In this document: positions 47,128-57,458 of the stretch, piece by piece
Numbering within the stretch: position 1 is the first letter of the stretch
Layout: every line of letters begins with the position of its first letter
Assembly: GCA_963787555.1 (NCBI GenBank)
Contig: CAWBDI010000001.1
Location: forward strand, 175,410-239,409
Reading direction: 5' to 3'
Source of the DNA: an uncultured Solirubrobacterales bacterium
GTDB lineage: Bacteria; Actinomycetota; Thermoleophilia; Solirubrobacterales; Solirubrobacteraceae
DNA: 64,000 nt
Made by a program: the position numbers and the translations under genes
Notes under the pieces: model-generated
Seen by the model: the letters and a program-made list of their open reading frames with translations, nothing else
Databases searched by the model: none
What the model was told of the DNA's origin: nothing

Positions 47128-47996
47128 ATCTGGCCAGCCTTCCCCAGGTCAGCGCGCGCCGCCGCCGCACCGATCAGGTGATGCGAGGCCTGCTGCTGCT
47201 CGCGACCCTGATCGCGCTGGTGCCGCTGTTGCTGGTGATCTATTACCTGCTGCACAAGGGGCTTGGTGCCTTGAGCGGCAGCTTCTTCAGCTCAGATCCG
47301 AATGGGAACTTCTTCGGCGATCCCGGCGGCACCCGTAGCGCGATCTTCGGCACGCTGGAGATCGTCGGGCTCGCGACGCTGATCTCGGTGCCGATCGGGA
47401 TCGGCGTGGCCCTGTACCTGACCGAGTACGGCCGGGACTCTGGCTTCGGGAACGTGATCCGGTACTTCATCGACGTGATGACCGGCGTGCCGTCGATCGT
47501 CTTTGGCTTGTTCATCTACATCTCGCTGGTCCTCGGCCACGTCGGCGGCAGCGGGTTTGCCGGTTGGAAAGGGTCGATCGCGCTCGCGTTGCTGATGCTT
47601 CCGATCGTCACTCGCTCGGCCGAGGTTGTGCTGTTGCTGGTGCCCGACAGCCTGCGAGAGGCGGCGCTCGCGCTTGGGGCCCCTCGCTGGCGGGTGGTCC
47701 TGCGAGTGGTGCTGCCAACAGCGATTCCCGGCCTGGTGACTGGTTCGCTGCTAGCGGTCGCGAGGGGAATGGGCGAGACCGCGCCGCTGCTGTTTACGAC
47801 CGCGGGCGCATTCGCGCTGACCGGCAGCCTCAACGCGCAGATGAACGCGCTCCCGCTGCAGATATACAACGACATCCTTTCCCCAAGGTCGGTGGTGATC
47901 CAGCGTGCCTGGGGCGCGGCGCTGACGCTGGTCGCGCTCGTTTTGATCCTGAATCTGATCGCTCGACTCGCCTCGCGAAGGAGCCGCATGGCATGA
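47124..47996 (+). CDS. pstA: Phosphate ABC permease
   Basis: [44 protein letters not shown]. Confidence 0.95.
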   Translation: MNLASLPQVSARRRRTDQVMRGLLLLATLIALVPLLLVIYYLLHKGLGALSGSFFSSDPNGNFFGDPGGTRSAIFGTLEIVGLATLISVPIGIGVALYLTEYGRDSGFGNVIRYFIDVMTGVPSIVFGLFIYISLVLGHVGGSGFAGWKGSIALALLMLPIVTRSAEVVLLLVPDSLREAALALGAPRWRVVLRVVLPTAIPGLVTGSLLAVARGMGETAPLLFTTAGAFALTGSLNAQMNALPLQIYNDILSPRSVVIQRAWGAALTLVALVLILNLIARLASRRSRMA

Positions 47997-48862
47997 TCCC
48001 GCCAGAAACCACGAGCAAGGAAACAACTGAAATGTCGAGTGCCGGGGGCCAGTCAGGACAAGCCGAAGCGGCGCCAGATGTCGCCGCGCTCGGCGTCCGC
48101 GAGGGCGCCGGCCACGCGGTCAACGTCAAGGACCTGCACGCCTACTACGGCCAGCTCCACAGCATCAAGGGGATCAACCTCGAGTGCCCGGCCAACCAGG
48201 TGACCGCGTTGATCGGGCCGTCTGGGTCGGGCAAGTCCACCGTGATCCGCTGCATCAATCGGATGCACGAGGAGATTCCGGGCGCGCGCGCCGAAGGCAG
48301 CGTCACGCTCGATGATCTCGACGTCTACGGGCCGGGGGTCGATGTCACCGCCGTCAGGCGCATGATCGGGATGGTCTTCCAGAAGCCCAACCCGTTTCCG
48401 ACGATGTCGATCTTCGACAACGTGGCGGCTGGTCTGAGATTGAGCGGCACGCGCAGCGACAACCTGCGCGAACGGGTACACAGGTCGCTGCGCGCGGTGG
48501 GACTCTGGAACGAGGTCAAGAACCGGCTGAATGAGCCGGGGATCGGCCTCTCGGGCGGGCAGCAGCAGCGGCTGTGCATCGCTCGCACGGTCGCCGTTGA
48601 GCCCGAGGTGATCCTGATGGACGAGCCTGCCTCGGCGCTCGATCCGATCTCGACGTTGAAGGTCGAGGAGCTGATCGACGAGCTCAAGGAGCGCTACACG
48701 ATCGTGATCGTCACCCACAACATGCAGCAGGCCGCGCGGGTGGCGAACTCGACTGCGTTCATGCTCGACGGGGAGCTGATCGAGCACGGCCCGACCAACG
48801 ACATCTTCACCAACCCCAACGACGAGCGGACCGAGCGCTACGTCACGGGCAAGTTCGGCTAG
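47993..48862 (+). CDS. pstB: Phosphate ABC ATP-binding protein
   Basis: [49 protein letters not shown]; alternative ATG 48032. Confidence 0.97.
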   Translation: MIPPETTSKETTEMSSAGGQSGQAEAAPDVAALGVREGAGHAVNVKDLHAYYGQLHSIKGINLECPANQVTALIGPSGSGKSTVIRCINRMHEEIPGARAEGSVTLDDLDVYGPGVDVTAVRRMIGMVFQKPNPFPTMSIFDNVAAGLRLSGTRSDNLRERVHRSLRAVGLWNEVKNRLNEPGIGLSGGQQQRLCIARTVAVEPEVILMDEPASALDPISTLKVEELIDELKERYTIVIVTHNMQQAARVANSTAFMLDGELIEHGPTNDIFTNPNDERTERYVTGKFG

Positions 48863-48873
48863 GGGGCCCGGCA

Positions 48874-49572
48874 ATGCAAGAAACTCGCCATCAGTTCCGC
48901 GAGACGCTGAAGCAGCTGGAGAAGCAGGCCCTGGGAGGGCTCGACATGGTGATCGGGCAGCTTGATCGGGCGCTCGAGGCAATCTCCTACCAGGATGTCG
49001 AGCTGGCCGGGATGGTCGTGGCCGACGATGACCGGATCGACGGGCGCTACCTCGAGGTGCACCAGGGGATCCTCTCCACTTTGGCGCGCCAGGCACCGGT
49101 GGCCGGAGACCTTCGAATCGTGGCGGCCTTGCTGCACGTCATTCGCTGCGTCGAGCGGATGGGTGACCAGTGCGTGAACATCGCCAAGCTTGTGCCGCTG
49201 TCCGGTTACGAGGCACCGAAGGACAAGGACATCCTCGACCTGATCGAGCGCATGGGACAGCTGGCCCGCTCGCAGGTCATGCAGTCCAAGGATGCCTTCG
49301 CCTCGCGCAACGTGGCGCTCGCCCAAGACCTGGTCCATCAGGACGCGGGAATCAATCGGCTGAACCGTGACATCTTCAGACGCGCGGTCGAGGTCGGCGA
49401 GGAGCAGGAGGTGCGCGAGTGGGCAATGTTCATGATCTTGGTCGCACGCTGTCTCGAGCGGATCGGCGATAACACGGTCGACATCGCCGAGCAGACCGTG
49501 TTCGTTGTCACGGGCCTGTTCCGCGAATTCGCAGACGCCTCGACGCCCTCGGAGGCGGCTCCGGCTTCATGA
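48874..49572 (+). CDS. phoU: Phosphate signalling protein PhoU
   Basis: DDRID, ARQAPVAGDLR, ERMGD, LERIGDNTVDIAE. Confidence 0.96.
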   Translation: MQETRHQFRETLKQLEKQALGGLDMVIGQLDRALEAISYQDVELAGMVVADDDRIDGRYLEVHQGILSTLARQAPVAGDLRIVAALLHVIRCVERMGDQCVNIAKLVPLSGYEAPKDKDILDLIERMGQLARSQVMQSKDAFASRNVALAQDLVHQDAGINRLNRDIFRRAVEVGEEQEVREWAMFMILVARCLERIGDNTVDIAEQTVFVVTGLFREFADASTPSEAAPAS

Positions 49573-49577
49573 AGCTG

Positions 49578-49604
49578 GAGGGGCCGGCAGGCAGCCGGCC
49601 CCTC
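49578..49604 (+). terminator. Hairpin after phoU
   Basis: Perfect 11 bp stem GAGGGGCCGGC/GCCGGCCCCTC, 5 nt loop; no U tract. Confidence 0.65.
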
Positions 49605-49788
49605 GCCCGGAGAGAGAGAAGGCGAGCGTAATTCACCTTGCCGCGCCCCGTGTGACGATTTCATATACGCGGCGCGACAATTGGCCCAGCGCCAACTGAC
49701 TGCGGCCTGGCTGATGGAGCGCCGCGCGCGACACAGATTGTCCACGGGGCCAATGACCAGCTCCCGTGAGGCGCCCTATCGTCTCCAC

Positions 49789-50538
49789 ATGCGCGCGCGG
49801 CCGCCTCAGATCGTTGCGTTTGGGGGTGGGGGCTTCTCGACCGAGTGGGGCAACCCGTTGCTCGACGATCACGTGCTCAACCTGACGGGCGTCGATCGCC
49901 CTCGCGTATGCTTTTTGCCGACCGCCAGCGGCGACGCCGACCATTACGTGGTCCGCTTCTACCGCGCGTTCGCGGCGCCGCGCTGCGAGCCTTCGCATAT
50001 CTCGCTGTTTCGACGCGAGACGGGCGTTGGCGATCCCCGCGCGCACCTGATGGCTCAGGATCTGGTGTACGTCGGCGGGGGCAGCCTGATTTCGCTGCTC
50101 GGGACGTGGCGGTCCCACGGAATCGATCTCGCCTTGCGAGACGCTTGGCGCGCGGGCGTCGTGATGTGCGGAGGCTCGGCCGGTTCGCTGTGCTGGTTCG
50201 CGCACGCCGTCAGCGGTTTTCACCAAGGCCCGGCGAGACGGATCGAGGCGCTCGGCTTCCTGCCATGGAGCAACGCCGTTCACTACCACGAGGAACCTGA
50301 CCGCGCAAGCGCGTTCACCGCGGCGGTCGCCGATGGGTTGCCGCCGGGGTATGGGGTGGGCGACGCGGCAGCGCTACATTTCATCGGTACCGAGTTGTCC
50401 GAAGTGGTCGCATCACGCCCTCACGCACGCGCCGTGTACGTGTCCTCCGATGGCGCCGGAGGCGCGACCGAGCGTGAGTTGCAGGTTCGGTTCCTCGGCA
50501 CGCAGACAGCCTGCAGCGGCCAGCCGATCGCAGCGTGA
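49789..50538 (+). CDS. Peptidase E / S51 family (copy 1)
   Basis: CFLPTASGD, VYVGGGS, nucleophile GGSAGSLCW, NAVHY; start could be 49753. Confidence 0.88.
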   Translation: MRARPPQIVAFGGGGFSTEWGNPLLDDHVLNLTGVDRPRVCFLPTASGDADHYVVRFYRAFAAPRCEPSHISLFRRETGVGDPRAHLMAQDLVYVGGGSLISLLGTWRSHGIDLALRDAWRAGVVMCGGSAGSLCWFAHAVSGFHQGPARRIEALGFLPWSNAVHYHEEPDRASAFTAAVADGLPPGYGVGDAAALHFIGTELSEVVASRPHARAVYVSSDGAGGATERELQVRFLGTQTACSGQPIAA

Positions 50539-51359
50539 CGCCGGCGGAGCCAGCGCCCGAGGGCGCTGACCGTCGCCGCATCCTCGCGGTGGGAGGGGGC
50601 GGCTTCACGATGCAGGAGCGCAACCCGGCGCTCGACAGGCTGGTGCTGACGCTGACCGGGAAAGCGCTGCCGCGAATCTGCTTCCTGCCGACCGCTAGCG
50701 GCGATCCCAAAGATCAGCTGACTCGCTTCTATGAGCGCTTTGGCGGTTGGCCATGCGAGCCGAGCGCGCTGTCGCTGTTTCATCTCGGGCGCGATCGGAT
50801 CGATCCGCTCCAGCACCTTCGCTCGCAGGACGCGATCTACGTCGGCGGCGGGTCGATGCGCAACATGCTTGCGATCTGGCGGGAGCATGGAGTCGATGAA
50901 GCGATGCGGGAAGCGTGGCAGTCGGGCGTCGTGATCGCCGGCTTGAGCGCGGGCGCGATGTGCTGGTTCGAGGGCGGCGTGAGCATCAGCGGTGGCGCGC
51001 CGCAGCCAGTGGCCGGGCTGGGACTGCTGCCGGGCAGCTTGTCGGTTCACCTCGGCAACGAGTCAGGAAGGCTGCCGGTGTACCGGGCGGCGGTGGCGGC
51101 CGGCGAGCTGCCACCGGGGTACGCCGCGGACGACGGGGCTGCGCTGCTGTTCGTCGGCACGCGGCTGGCCGAATGCGTCGCCTCGCATCCGCGGGCGCGC
51201 GTGGTCCAGGTCAGCCCTGACGGCGACGGTGGCGTGCGCGAGCGCGAGCTCGCGGTCAGGCTGCTGGCGGGTCGGCGGCGCCGCGGCGTCAGCGACGAGG
51301 GGGCCGACGGCGTCTCGGAGCTTCGCGCGCTACGCGCCGGTCGCCATCGCTGGGACTGA
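50535..51359 (+). CDS. Peptidase E / S51 family (copy 2)
   Basis: CFLPTASGD, IYVGGGS, GLSAGAMCW, LSVHL; start overlaps copy 1 stop. Confidence 0.88.
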   Translation: MTPAEPAPEGADRRRILAVGGGGFTMQERNPALDRLVLTLTGKALPRICFLPTASGDPKDQLTRFYERFGGWPCEPSALSLFHLGRDRIDPLQHLRSQDAIYVGGGSMRNMLAIWREHGVDEAMREAWQSGVVIAGLSAGAMCWFEGGVSISGGAPQPVAGLGLLPGSLSVHLGNESGRLPVYRAAVAAGELPPGYAADDGAALLFVGTRLAECVASHPRARVVQVSPDGDGGVRERELAVRLLAGRRRRGVSDEGADGVSELRALRAGRHRWD

Positions 51360-52014
51360 GGCGAAGCCCGCCGCGGCGCTGGGCGCGTCGACTGCGGGTT
51401 TCACGGTGTCGAAGCGCCACCAGAACGCCCGCCGTTGCGAGCGCCGCGAGCACCAGCGCGATCAGCAGGATCGTGCGCGATGAGCTGCCGCCGCTATTCG
51501 ACGCCGACCCACTCGAGCTGCCTTTGATCGGGTGGCCAGCCGCCCCCGCGAGCTTCCCGACCGCGGTGATCGCTGCCTTCGCCAGATCCTCGCTGGCCCG
51601 GCCGGCCGGCTTCGGAAGCGATCTGACAGCGGCTGCGGTTGTCGCGCTCATGCCCTGGACCCCGTAACCGGCCGCCATCACCACCAGCAACGGCTGCCGA
51701 CCGGAAAAGCTGATCTCCTGGTCCAGGAAGTTGGCGTAGGCCTGCGGCTTGCCGAACACTTCCGGGATCACGCCGAGATCGACCGGCGAGGCGATCAGCG
51801 CGACCTTGAGCGGGAAACCGGCCTGCCTGGCCGCCGCGGTTTGCGCGTTGAGGGCGTTCTGGGTCGCGGTGGAGACCGGCGGGGTGTACGGATAGAAGAC
51901 GTTCTCTCCCAGCAGCACGTCGCTCGCGGGATCACCATCGGCGAGCGACGATGCCGGCGTCAGCACGAGAGCAGCGAGCAGCGTGACGAGGATCGCGGCG
52001 AGTCGAGCTGCCAT
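51289..52014 (-). CDS. Secreted, C-terminally anchored hypothetical protein
   Basis: Signal peptide; core DGDPASDVLL...PLKVALIAS...PLLVVM; Ser/Gly linker, TM, Arg-rich tail. Confidence 0.7.
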   Translation of the reverse strand: MAARLAAILVTLLAALVLTPASSLADGDPASDVLLGENVFYPYTPPVSTATQNALNAQTAAARQAGFPLKVALIASPVDLGVIPEVFGKPQAYANFLDQEISFSGRQPLLVVMAAGYGVQGMSATTAAAVRSLPKPAGRASEDLAKAAITAVGKLAGAAGHPIKGSSSGSASNSGGSSSRTILLIALVLAALATAGVLVALRHRETRSRRAQRRGGLRLSPSDGDRRVAREAPRRRRPPRR

Positions 52015-52072
52015 CTCGGGGGAGCGTACAGCGATCCAGGGGGGCGGTTCTGGCTGCCGAGAAGCCGCTTGC

Positions 52073-53488
52073 TCAGCGCGTGCCGGGCGCCGCTGGCACG
52101 TCCGCCCAGAGGGTGGAGCCGTCTGCGCGAAGCGGCGAAGTGGGGAGGCGAAGCGTGAAGATCGCGCCACCATCGGGCGCGTTCTCGACCGCCGCGGAGC
52201 CACCGTGTTGCTCAGCCACCTGCCGCACGATTGCCAACCCCAGGCCGCTACCTTGGCGCCCCCGGCTGTTGGCACCGCGAAAGAAGCGATCGAATACATA
52301 CGGCAGGTCCTCGCTCACGACGCCGGTCCCGTGGTCGCGCACGCTGAGACCATCGGCGTTCACGGTCACCTCAACCATGCCGCCGGGCGGCGAATGACGA
52401 GCCGCGTTGTCGAGCAGGTTGTTGATCGCGCGCTCCAGCCGTTCGGGGACTCCCTCGACGATCACCGGCTCGAGCTCCGCCTCGAAGTGCACGTTGGCAG
52501 CGTTGCGTCGCGCCCAGTCGACCGAGTCGGCGGCGATTCGGTCGAGGCGCACTTCCTCGGTCGCGCCCGCGGGCTGGTCGCCGCGTGCGAGCTCGATGAG
52601 GTCGCCGACCAGCGTGGTCAGCTCCTCGCTCTGTTCGACCACGTCGCTCAGCAAGCGGCGGCGCTCCTCATCGTTCAGGTGCGCCTCGGCGAGCAGCACC
52701 TCGACGTTGGTGCGCAGGCTCGTGACAGGCGTGCGGAGCTCGTGGGAGGCGTCGGCGACAAGCTGGCGCTGCGCCCGGACGGACTCATCGAGCGCCGCGC
52801 GCGATGCCTCCAGTCGCTCCAGCATCGTGTTGAAGCGATCCGCGAGCTGGCCGATCTCATCGTCGGCGTGGATGCGCAGGCGCCGCGAGAGATCATCGGT
52901 CTCGCCGATCTCCTGCGCCGTCTGGGCGACCTCCGCTAGCGGCGCCAGCACATGGCGGGCGGCGACCCGCCCGAGAGCGGCGGCGAGCGCCACGCCGCCC
53001 GCACAGAGCAAGATCAGCACCAGGCGAAGATGCGAGAGGATCCGATCGACGCCCGCGAGCGGGCGCGCGAGCTCGACCGCCACCGGCGCGCCATTGTTCG
53101 TGCTGTCGTGGAAGGTGATCAGGCGCAAGTGGTTGCCGTAGATCGTGACGTCTCGAAGCGTCATCGCGGGTTGCCCGGAGGCGACCGCCTGGGTGCTCGA
53201 GTCGGTCGGCAGGTTCTCCCCACCCCAGCTGTCAAAGGGCGCGCCAGCGCCGCTGACGATCTGCCCGTAAGGCGCCGGCCCGCCGGCGTTGGGAGGGAGG
53301 GAAGCGACGCCGCCGCCGAGGCCGGCAGGCCCGGTCTGGATCACCAGCGCCGCCTGAGCCCTAAGCGCGCTGTCCACCTGGCCGCGCAACTGGCCCCGCA
53401 CGACCATGTAGCAGATGGCGCAGGCGAGCACGACCGCGACTGCGACCGCGCCGGCGGCTGCATATGCGAGTCTGCGACGCAGCGGCAC
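52073..53488 (-). CDS. Sensor histidine kinase (MprB-like)
   Basis: LVADASHELRTPVTSLRTNVE, NLLDNA, DHGTG, FDRFFRG, GSGLGLAI. Confidence 0.94.
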   Translation of the reverse strand: MPLRRRLAYAAAGAVAVAVVLACAICYMVVRGQLRGQVDSALRAQAALVIQTGPAGLGGGVASLPPNAGGPAPYGQIVSGAGAPFDSWGGENLPTDSSTQAVASGQPAMTLRDVTIYGNHLRLITFHDSTNNGAPVAVELARPLAGVDRILSHLRLVLILLCAGGVALAAALGRVAARHVLAPLAEVAQTAQEIGETDDLSRRLRIHADDEIGQLADRFNTMLERLEASRAALDESVRAQRQLVADASHELRTPVTSLRTNVEVLLAEAHLNDEERRRLLSDVVEQSEELTTLVGDLIELARGDQPAGATEEVRLDRIAADSVDWARRNAANVHFEAELEPVIVEGVPERLERAINNLLDNAARHSPPGGMVEVTVNADGLSVRDHGTGVVSEDLPYVFDRFFRGANSRGRQGSGLGLAIVRQVAEQHGGSAAVENAPDGGAIFTLRLPTSPLRADGSTLWADVPAAPGTR

Positions 53489-53502
53489 CGCCGGCGATCC
53501 TC

Positions 53503-54180
53503 TCAGTCCCGCAGGATGTATCCGACGCCCCTGACCGTGTGAAGCAGGCGAGACTCGCCTCCCTCCTCGGTCTTGCGACGCAAATAACCCATGTACACGC
53601 CGAGCGCGTTAGAGGTCGGACCGAAGTCGTAGCCCCAGACGTTCTCGAAGATCTGCGAGCGCGTGAGCACCTGGCGCGGGTGACGCAGGAACAGCTCGAG
53701 CAGCGAGAACTCGGTGCGTGAGAGGTCGATCTCACGCTCGCCGCGATGGACCTCGTGGGCTACGGGGTCGAGCACCAGATCCCCGTATCGGAGCACCTCG
53801 CCCTGGGCGGCGCCGTCGCTCGTGCGGCGCAGCAGCGCTCGCAACCGCGCCTGCAGCTCCCTGAGCGCGAACGGCTTGACGAGGTAGTCGTCAGCGCCGA
53901 CGTCGAGGCCTTGGACGCGGTCATCGATCGCGTCGCGGGCGGTGAGCATCAAGATCGGGGTTCGATCACCCGCCTGGCGCATGCGCCGGCAGACCTCGAT
54001 CCCATCGAGGCGGGGCATCGCGACGTCGAGGATCACTGCGTCGGCCGGCGAGCTCGCCAGCGCGTCGAGTGCTTCCTCGCCGTCGGCCGCGAGCGCCACT
54101 TCGTAGTTGTCGAGCCGCAGGGCGCGCTCGAGAGCCCGCCGCACAGCGGGCTCGTCGTCGACCACGAGAACGCGCGCCAT
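53503..54180 (-). CDS. OmpR-family response regulator (MprA-like)
   Basis: [45 protein letters not shown]. Confidence 0.95.
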   Translation of the reverse strand: MARVLVVDDEPAVRRALERALRLDNYEVALAADGEEALDALASSPADAVILDVAMPRLDGIEVCRRMRQAGDRTPILMLTARDAIDDRVQGLDVGADDYLVKPFALRELQARLRALLRRTSDGAAQGEVLRYGDLVLDPVAHEVHRGEREIDLSRTEFSLLELFLRHPRQVLTRSQIFENVWGYDFGPTSNALGVYMGYLRRKTEEGGESRLLHTVRGVGYILRD

Positions 54181-54284
54181 TTCACAAATGATGCCGCGTG
54201 CGCGTAAAAGTTGGTGAAGAAGCCCTGCAGGTCGTGATGCGCACAAATCGATCGTAGACCGCGCGCGCGCCAGAATGAGGACTG

Positions 54285-56687
54285 ATGCCTCGCGACCGCC
54301 TGGAGGGCTACAGAGACAAACGGGACTTCAAGCGGACCTCCGAGCCCGCCGGCTCCCGATCCTCGGATGGAGCCGGCGATGCGCCACGGTTCGTGGTCCA
54401 AGAGCACCACGCGACCCGACTGCACTGGGATCTGCGGCTGGAGCACGACGGCGCGCTCGCCTCGTGGGCGATTCCCAATGGGATTCCGCCGGACCCGGCA
54501 GAGAACCGTCTTGCGGTCCACACCGAGGATCACCCGCTCGAGTACCTGGAGTTCGAGGGAGAGATTCCCAAGGGCCAGTACGGGGCGGGCACGATGTCGC
54601 TCTGGGATCGCGGCACCTACGAGCTTCACAAGTGGGACCCGCGCAAGGTCGAGGTCACCTTCCACGGCGAGCGGCTGAGCGGACGCTACGGGCTGTTCTC
54701 GATCGGCCGCGACGAGGCCTCGGCCAGCGACTGGATGATTCACCGGATGGATCCTCCGACGGATCCGGGACGTGATCCGTTCCCGGAGCGGATCGTGCCG
54801 ATGCTCGCCCGCCCGAGCGCGAAGCTCCCGGCGCCCGAATCGGACTGGGCGTTCGAGGTCAAGTGGGATGGGGTGCGCGCGATCGCCTATCTACAGCCCG
54901 GAAGGCTCCGGCTCGAGAGCCGCAACCTCAACGAGATCACCGACGCCTATCCGGAGATCCGCGGCCTGCTCGGCCAGCTCGGGATGCGGGAAGCCGTGCT
55001 CGACGGCGAGATCATCGCGTTCGACGATCGCGGGCGCCCCAGCTTCGAGCGCCTGCAGCGGCGTATGCACGTCACCTCGGCCTCGGCCGTCCGCCGGCTG
55101 GCGGCCGGCACGCCGGTCGTGTTCGCGATCTTCGACCTGCTCTACCTCGACGGTCGCTCGCTGATGGAGCTGCCCTGGAGCGAGCGACGCGCGAAGCTGG
55201 AGCAGCTGGCGCTGAAGGGACAGGCCTGGCACGTCCCGGCAGCACAGCGCGGCGAAGGCGAGCCGCTGCTGGCCGCGACCCGCGAGCAGGGACTCGAGGG
55301 CGTGCTCGCGAAACGCCTCGACTCACGGTATGAGGCGGGGCGACGGACCGGGGCATGGTTGAAGGTCAAGCACACGCTCCGGCAAGAGCTGGTGATCGGG
55401 GGCTGGATCCCCGGCGAGGGCAGGCGCGCCGAGCGGATCGGGGCGCTGCTGATGGGCTATAGCGAAGACGGGGCCTTCAGGTACGCGGGGCGCGTCGGCA
55501 CCGGCTTCACCGAACAGACGCTCGAAGATCTGAGGAGCCGTCTGAGGCTGCTGCGGCGAGCGACGAGCCCGTTTGCTTCCGGGCCAAGGCTGCCTCGGGA
55601 TGCCGTGTTCGTCGAGCCGTGCCTGGTCGCCGAGATCGAGTTCCGGGAATGGACCGGCGAGGGGGTGATGCGCGCCCCGTCCTACAAGGGCCTGCGCGAG
55701 GACAAGTCGCCCCGCGACGTCGCCCTGGACACGGAGTCGGTCGCGGCGTCGCCCGACGCCCCGCAAGCGCTGTTCGATGAGGTCGAGGTCCTGCCCGAGG
55801 GCGCGATCGCGGTTCTCACCGAGGGGCGCCGGCTGAGGATCTCTAACTGGGACAAGGTCCTGTTTCCTCGGACAGGCTTCACGAAGGGCGACCTCGTCGC
55901 CTACTACGGGCGCGTGGCGCCCGCGGTGTTGCCGCACCTTCATGACCGGGCGCTGACGCTCAAGCGCTACCCGAACGGAGTCGAGTCGCAGTACTTCTAC
56001 GAGAAACAGTCGCCCTCCCATCGCCCCGAGTGGATCACCACCGAGCAGATCAACGAGGTGAACTACACACTCGCGCAAGACCGCCCGACGCTGATCTGGC
56101 TGGCCAACCTCGCCGACGTGGAGCTACACACCTCGCTGTCGCTCGCGCACGCGCCCCAGCAGCCGACGATGCTCGTCTTCGACCTCGATCCGGGGGCGCC
56201 CGCCGACATCGTGCAGTGCAGCGAGGTCGCCTTGGTGCTGAGGGGGTTGTTCGAGCAGCTCCGACTCGAGACCTACGCCAAGACCTCTGGTTCGAAAGGC
56301 CTCCAGGTCTACTTGCCGCTGAACACGCCCGTCGACTACGGACAGACGAAGCCGTTCGCGCGCCGGATCGCCGAGCTGCTCGAGCAGCGCATGCCCGAGC
56401 TCGTCGTCTCGCGCATGACCAAGCGACTGCGCCCGGGGAGGGTGCTGGTGGACTGGAGCCAGAACGACGCGCACAAGACCACGGTCACCGTTTACTCGGT
56501 TCGCGCACGTGAGCGCCCAATGGTCTCGACGCCCGTCAGCTGGGATGAGGTGGTCCGCTGCCGCGATACCCGCGACGGCGAACTGCTTGCGTTCGACACC
56601 GAGCAAGTGCTCGCGCGGGTCGACGAGCAGGGCGACTTGTTCGCGCCGCTGATGACTGTCAAGCAGAGGCTTCCGGCGCTTGGATGA
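54285..56687 (+). CDS. ligD: NHEJ DNA ligase D (phosphoesterase-ligase-polymerase)
   Basis: [24 protein letters not shown] adenylation motif, [29 protein letters not shown]. Confidence 0.95.
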   Translation: MPRDRLEGYRDKRDFKRTSEPAGSRSSDGAGDAPRFVVQEHHATRLHWDLRLEHDGALASWAIPNGIPPDPAENRLAVHTEDHPLEYLEFEGEIPKGQYGAGTMSLWDRGTYELHKWDPRKVEVTFHGERLSGRYGLFSIGRDEASASDWMIHRMDPPTDPGRDPFPERIVPMLARPSAKLPAPESDWAFEVKWDGVRAIAYLQPGRLRLESRNLNEITDAYPEIRGLLGQLGMREAVLDGEIIAFDDRGRPSFERLQRRMHVTSASAVRRLAAGTPVVFAIFDLLYLDGRSLMELPWSERRAKLEQLALKGQAWHVPAAQRGEGEPLLAATREQGLEGVLAKRLDSRYEAGRRTGAWLKVKHTLRQELVIGGWIPGEGRRAERIGALLMGYSEDGAFRYAGRVGTGFTEQTLEDLRSRLRLLRRATSPFASGPRLPRDAVFVEPCLVAEIEFREWTGEGVMRAPSYKGLREDKSPRDVALDTESVAASPDAPQALFDEVEVLPEGAIAVLTEGRRLRISNWDKVLFPRTGFTKGDLVAYYGRVAPAVLPHLHDRALTLKRYPNGVESQYFYEKQSPSHRPEWITTEQINEVNYTLAQDRPTLIWLANLADVELHTSLSLAHAPQQPTMLVFDLDPGAPADIVQCSEVALVLRGLFEQLRLETYAKTSGSKGLQVYLPLNTPVDYGQTKPFARRIAELLEQRMPELVVSRMTKRLRPGRVLVDWSQNDAHKTTVTVYSVRARERPMVSTPVSWDEVVRCRDTRDGELLAFDTEQVLARVDEQGDLFAPLMTVKQRLPALG

Positions 56688-56753
56688 TCGATCATCGCGC
56701 TCCTGCGTTCGATGTCCCCCGCGCGAGTCTCTGGGCCTTTAGGATGATCGCTG

Positions 56754-57053
56754 TTGAGCCCGATGGACCCGATCACGTTGCGCAACCGGCTGCTGGTCGC
56801 GACCGGGATGTGGAAGGAAGCGACAGGTGAGCCGCTGCCGCGGCTTGCCCCCGGTGATCCTGCCGACCAGATTCAAAGCTTCGAGCTCAAGCTGGTCGAC
56901 CGGCTGTGGGAGACCGCGACGCCGGAGACGGCGCGCGAGGTCGCGGACCGCACATGGGATCTCGTCCACGATCGGCCCGACGACGACCCGGTCAAGCAGC
57001 GGGTCGTCGAGTGCCACGAGGCGCTCGCGCGGATGACGCGGCTGGGAGATTGA
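56754..57053 (+). CDS. Hypothetical protein (about 99 aa)
   Basis: Ordinary globular composition; TAGGAT -10-like hexamer upstream; no family recognised. Confidence 0.65.
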   Translation: MSPMDPITLRNRLLVATGMWKEATGEPLPRLAPGDPADQIQSFELKLVDRLWETATPETAREVADRTWDLVHDRPDDDPVKQRVVECHEALARMTRLGD

Positions 57054-57065
57054 CGCGCGTCGCGC

Positions 57066-57450
57066 ATGCGCCACGAGCGTCACTACACGGTCGAGCAGGC
57101 GAACGCTGTCCGTCCATGGGTCGCGGCGCGAGTGAGATGGATTCGCGAGGCCCAGGCGCGGCTGCTCGCGCTCGGCGAGCGAACAGCGCAAGCGATCTCG
57201 GCGCTCGACGATCGGGTCGGCGGCGCGTATCCGGGGCGTGACGTCGCGCGGCTCGCTGGTCGAGCTGAGCCGCGCCCTCGCCGAGCTCGATGCCGTCGAG
57301 GTGGTCCTACGCGACGTCGATCGGGGACTGGTCGACTTCCCCGCGATTCGCGACGGCCAGGAGGTCTACCTGTGCTGGCTGCTCGAGGAGGACGAGATCG
57401 GCTTCTGGCACGACCCCGAAGCGGGCTTCGCCGGCCGTCGCCCGTTGTAG
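57066..57450 (+). pseudogene. DUF2203-family gene split by a +1 frameshift near 57246-57252
   Basis: N-half YTVEQANAVRPW in frame of 57066; C-half LRDVDRGLVDFP...YLCW...FWHDPEAGFAGRRPL in the +1 frame. Confidence 0.8.
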
Positions 57451-57458
57451 TCGTGACA

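Noticed and set aside
56683-56696. 14 bp palindrome GATGATCGATCATC at the ligD stop
   Set aside because: Single short palindrome with no second copy or context
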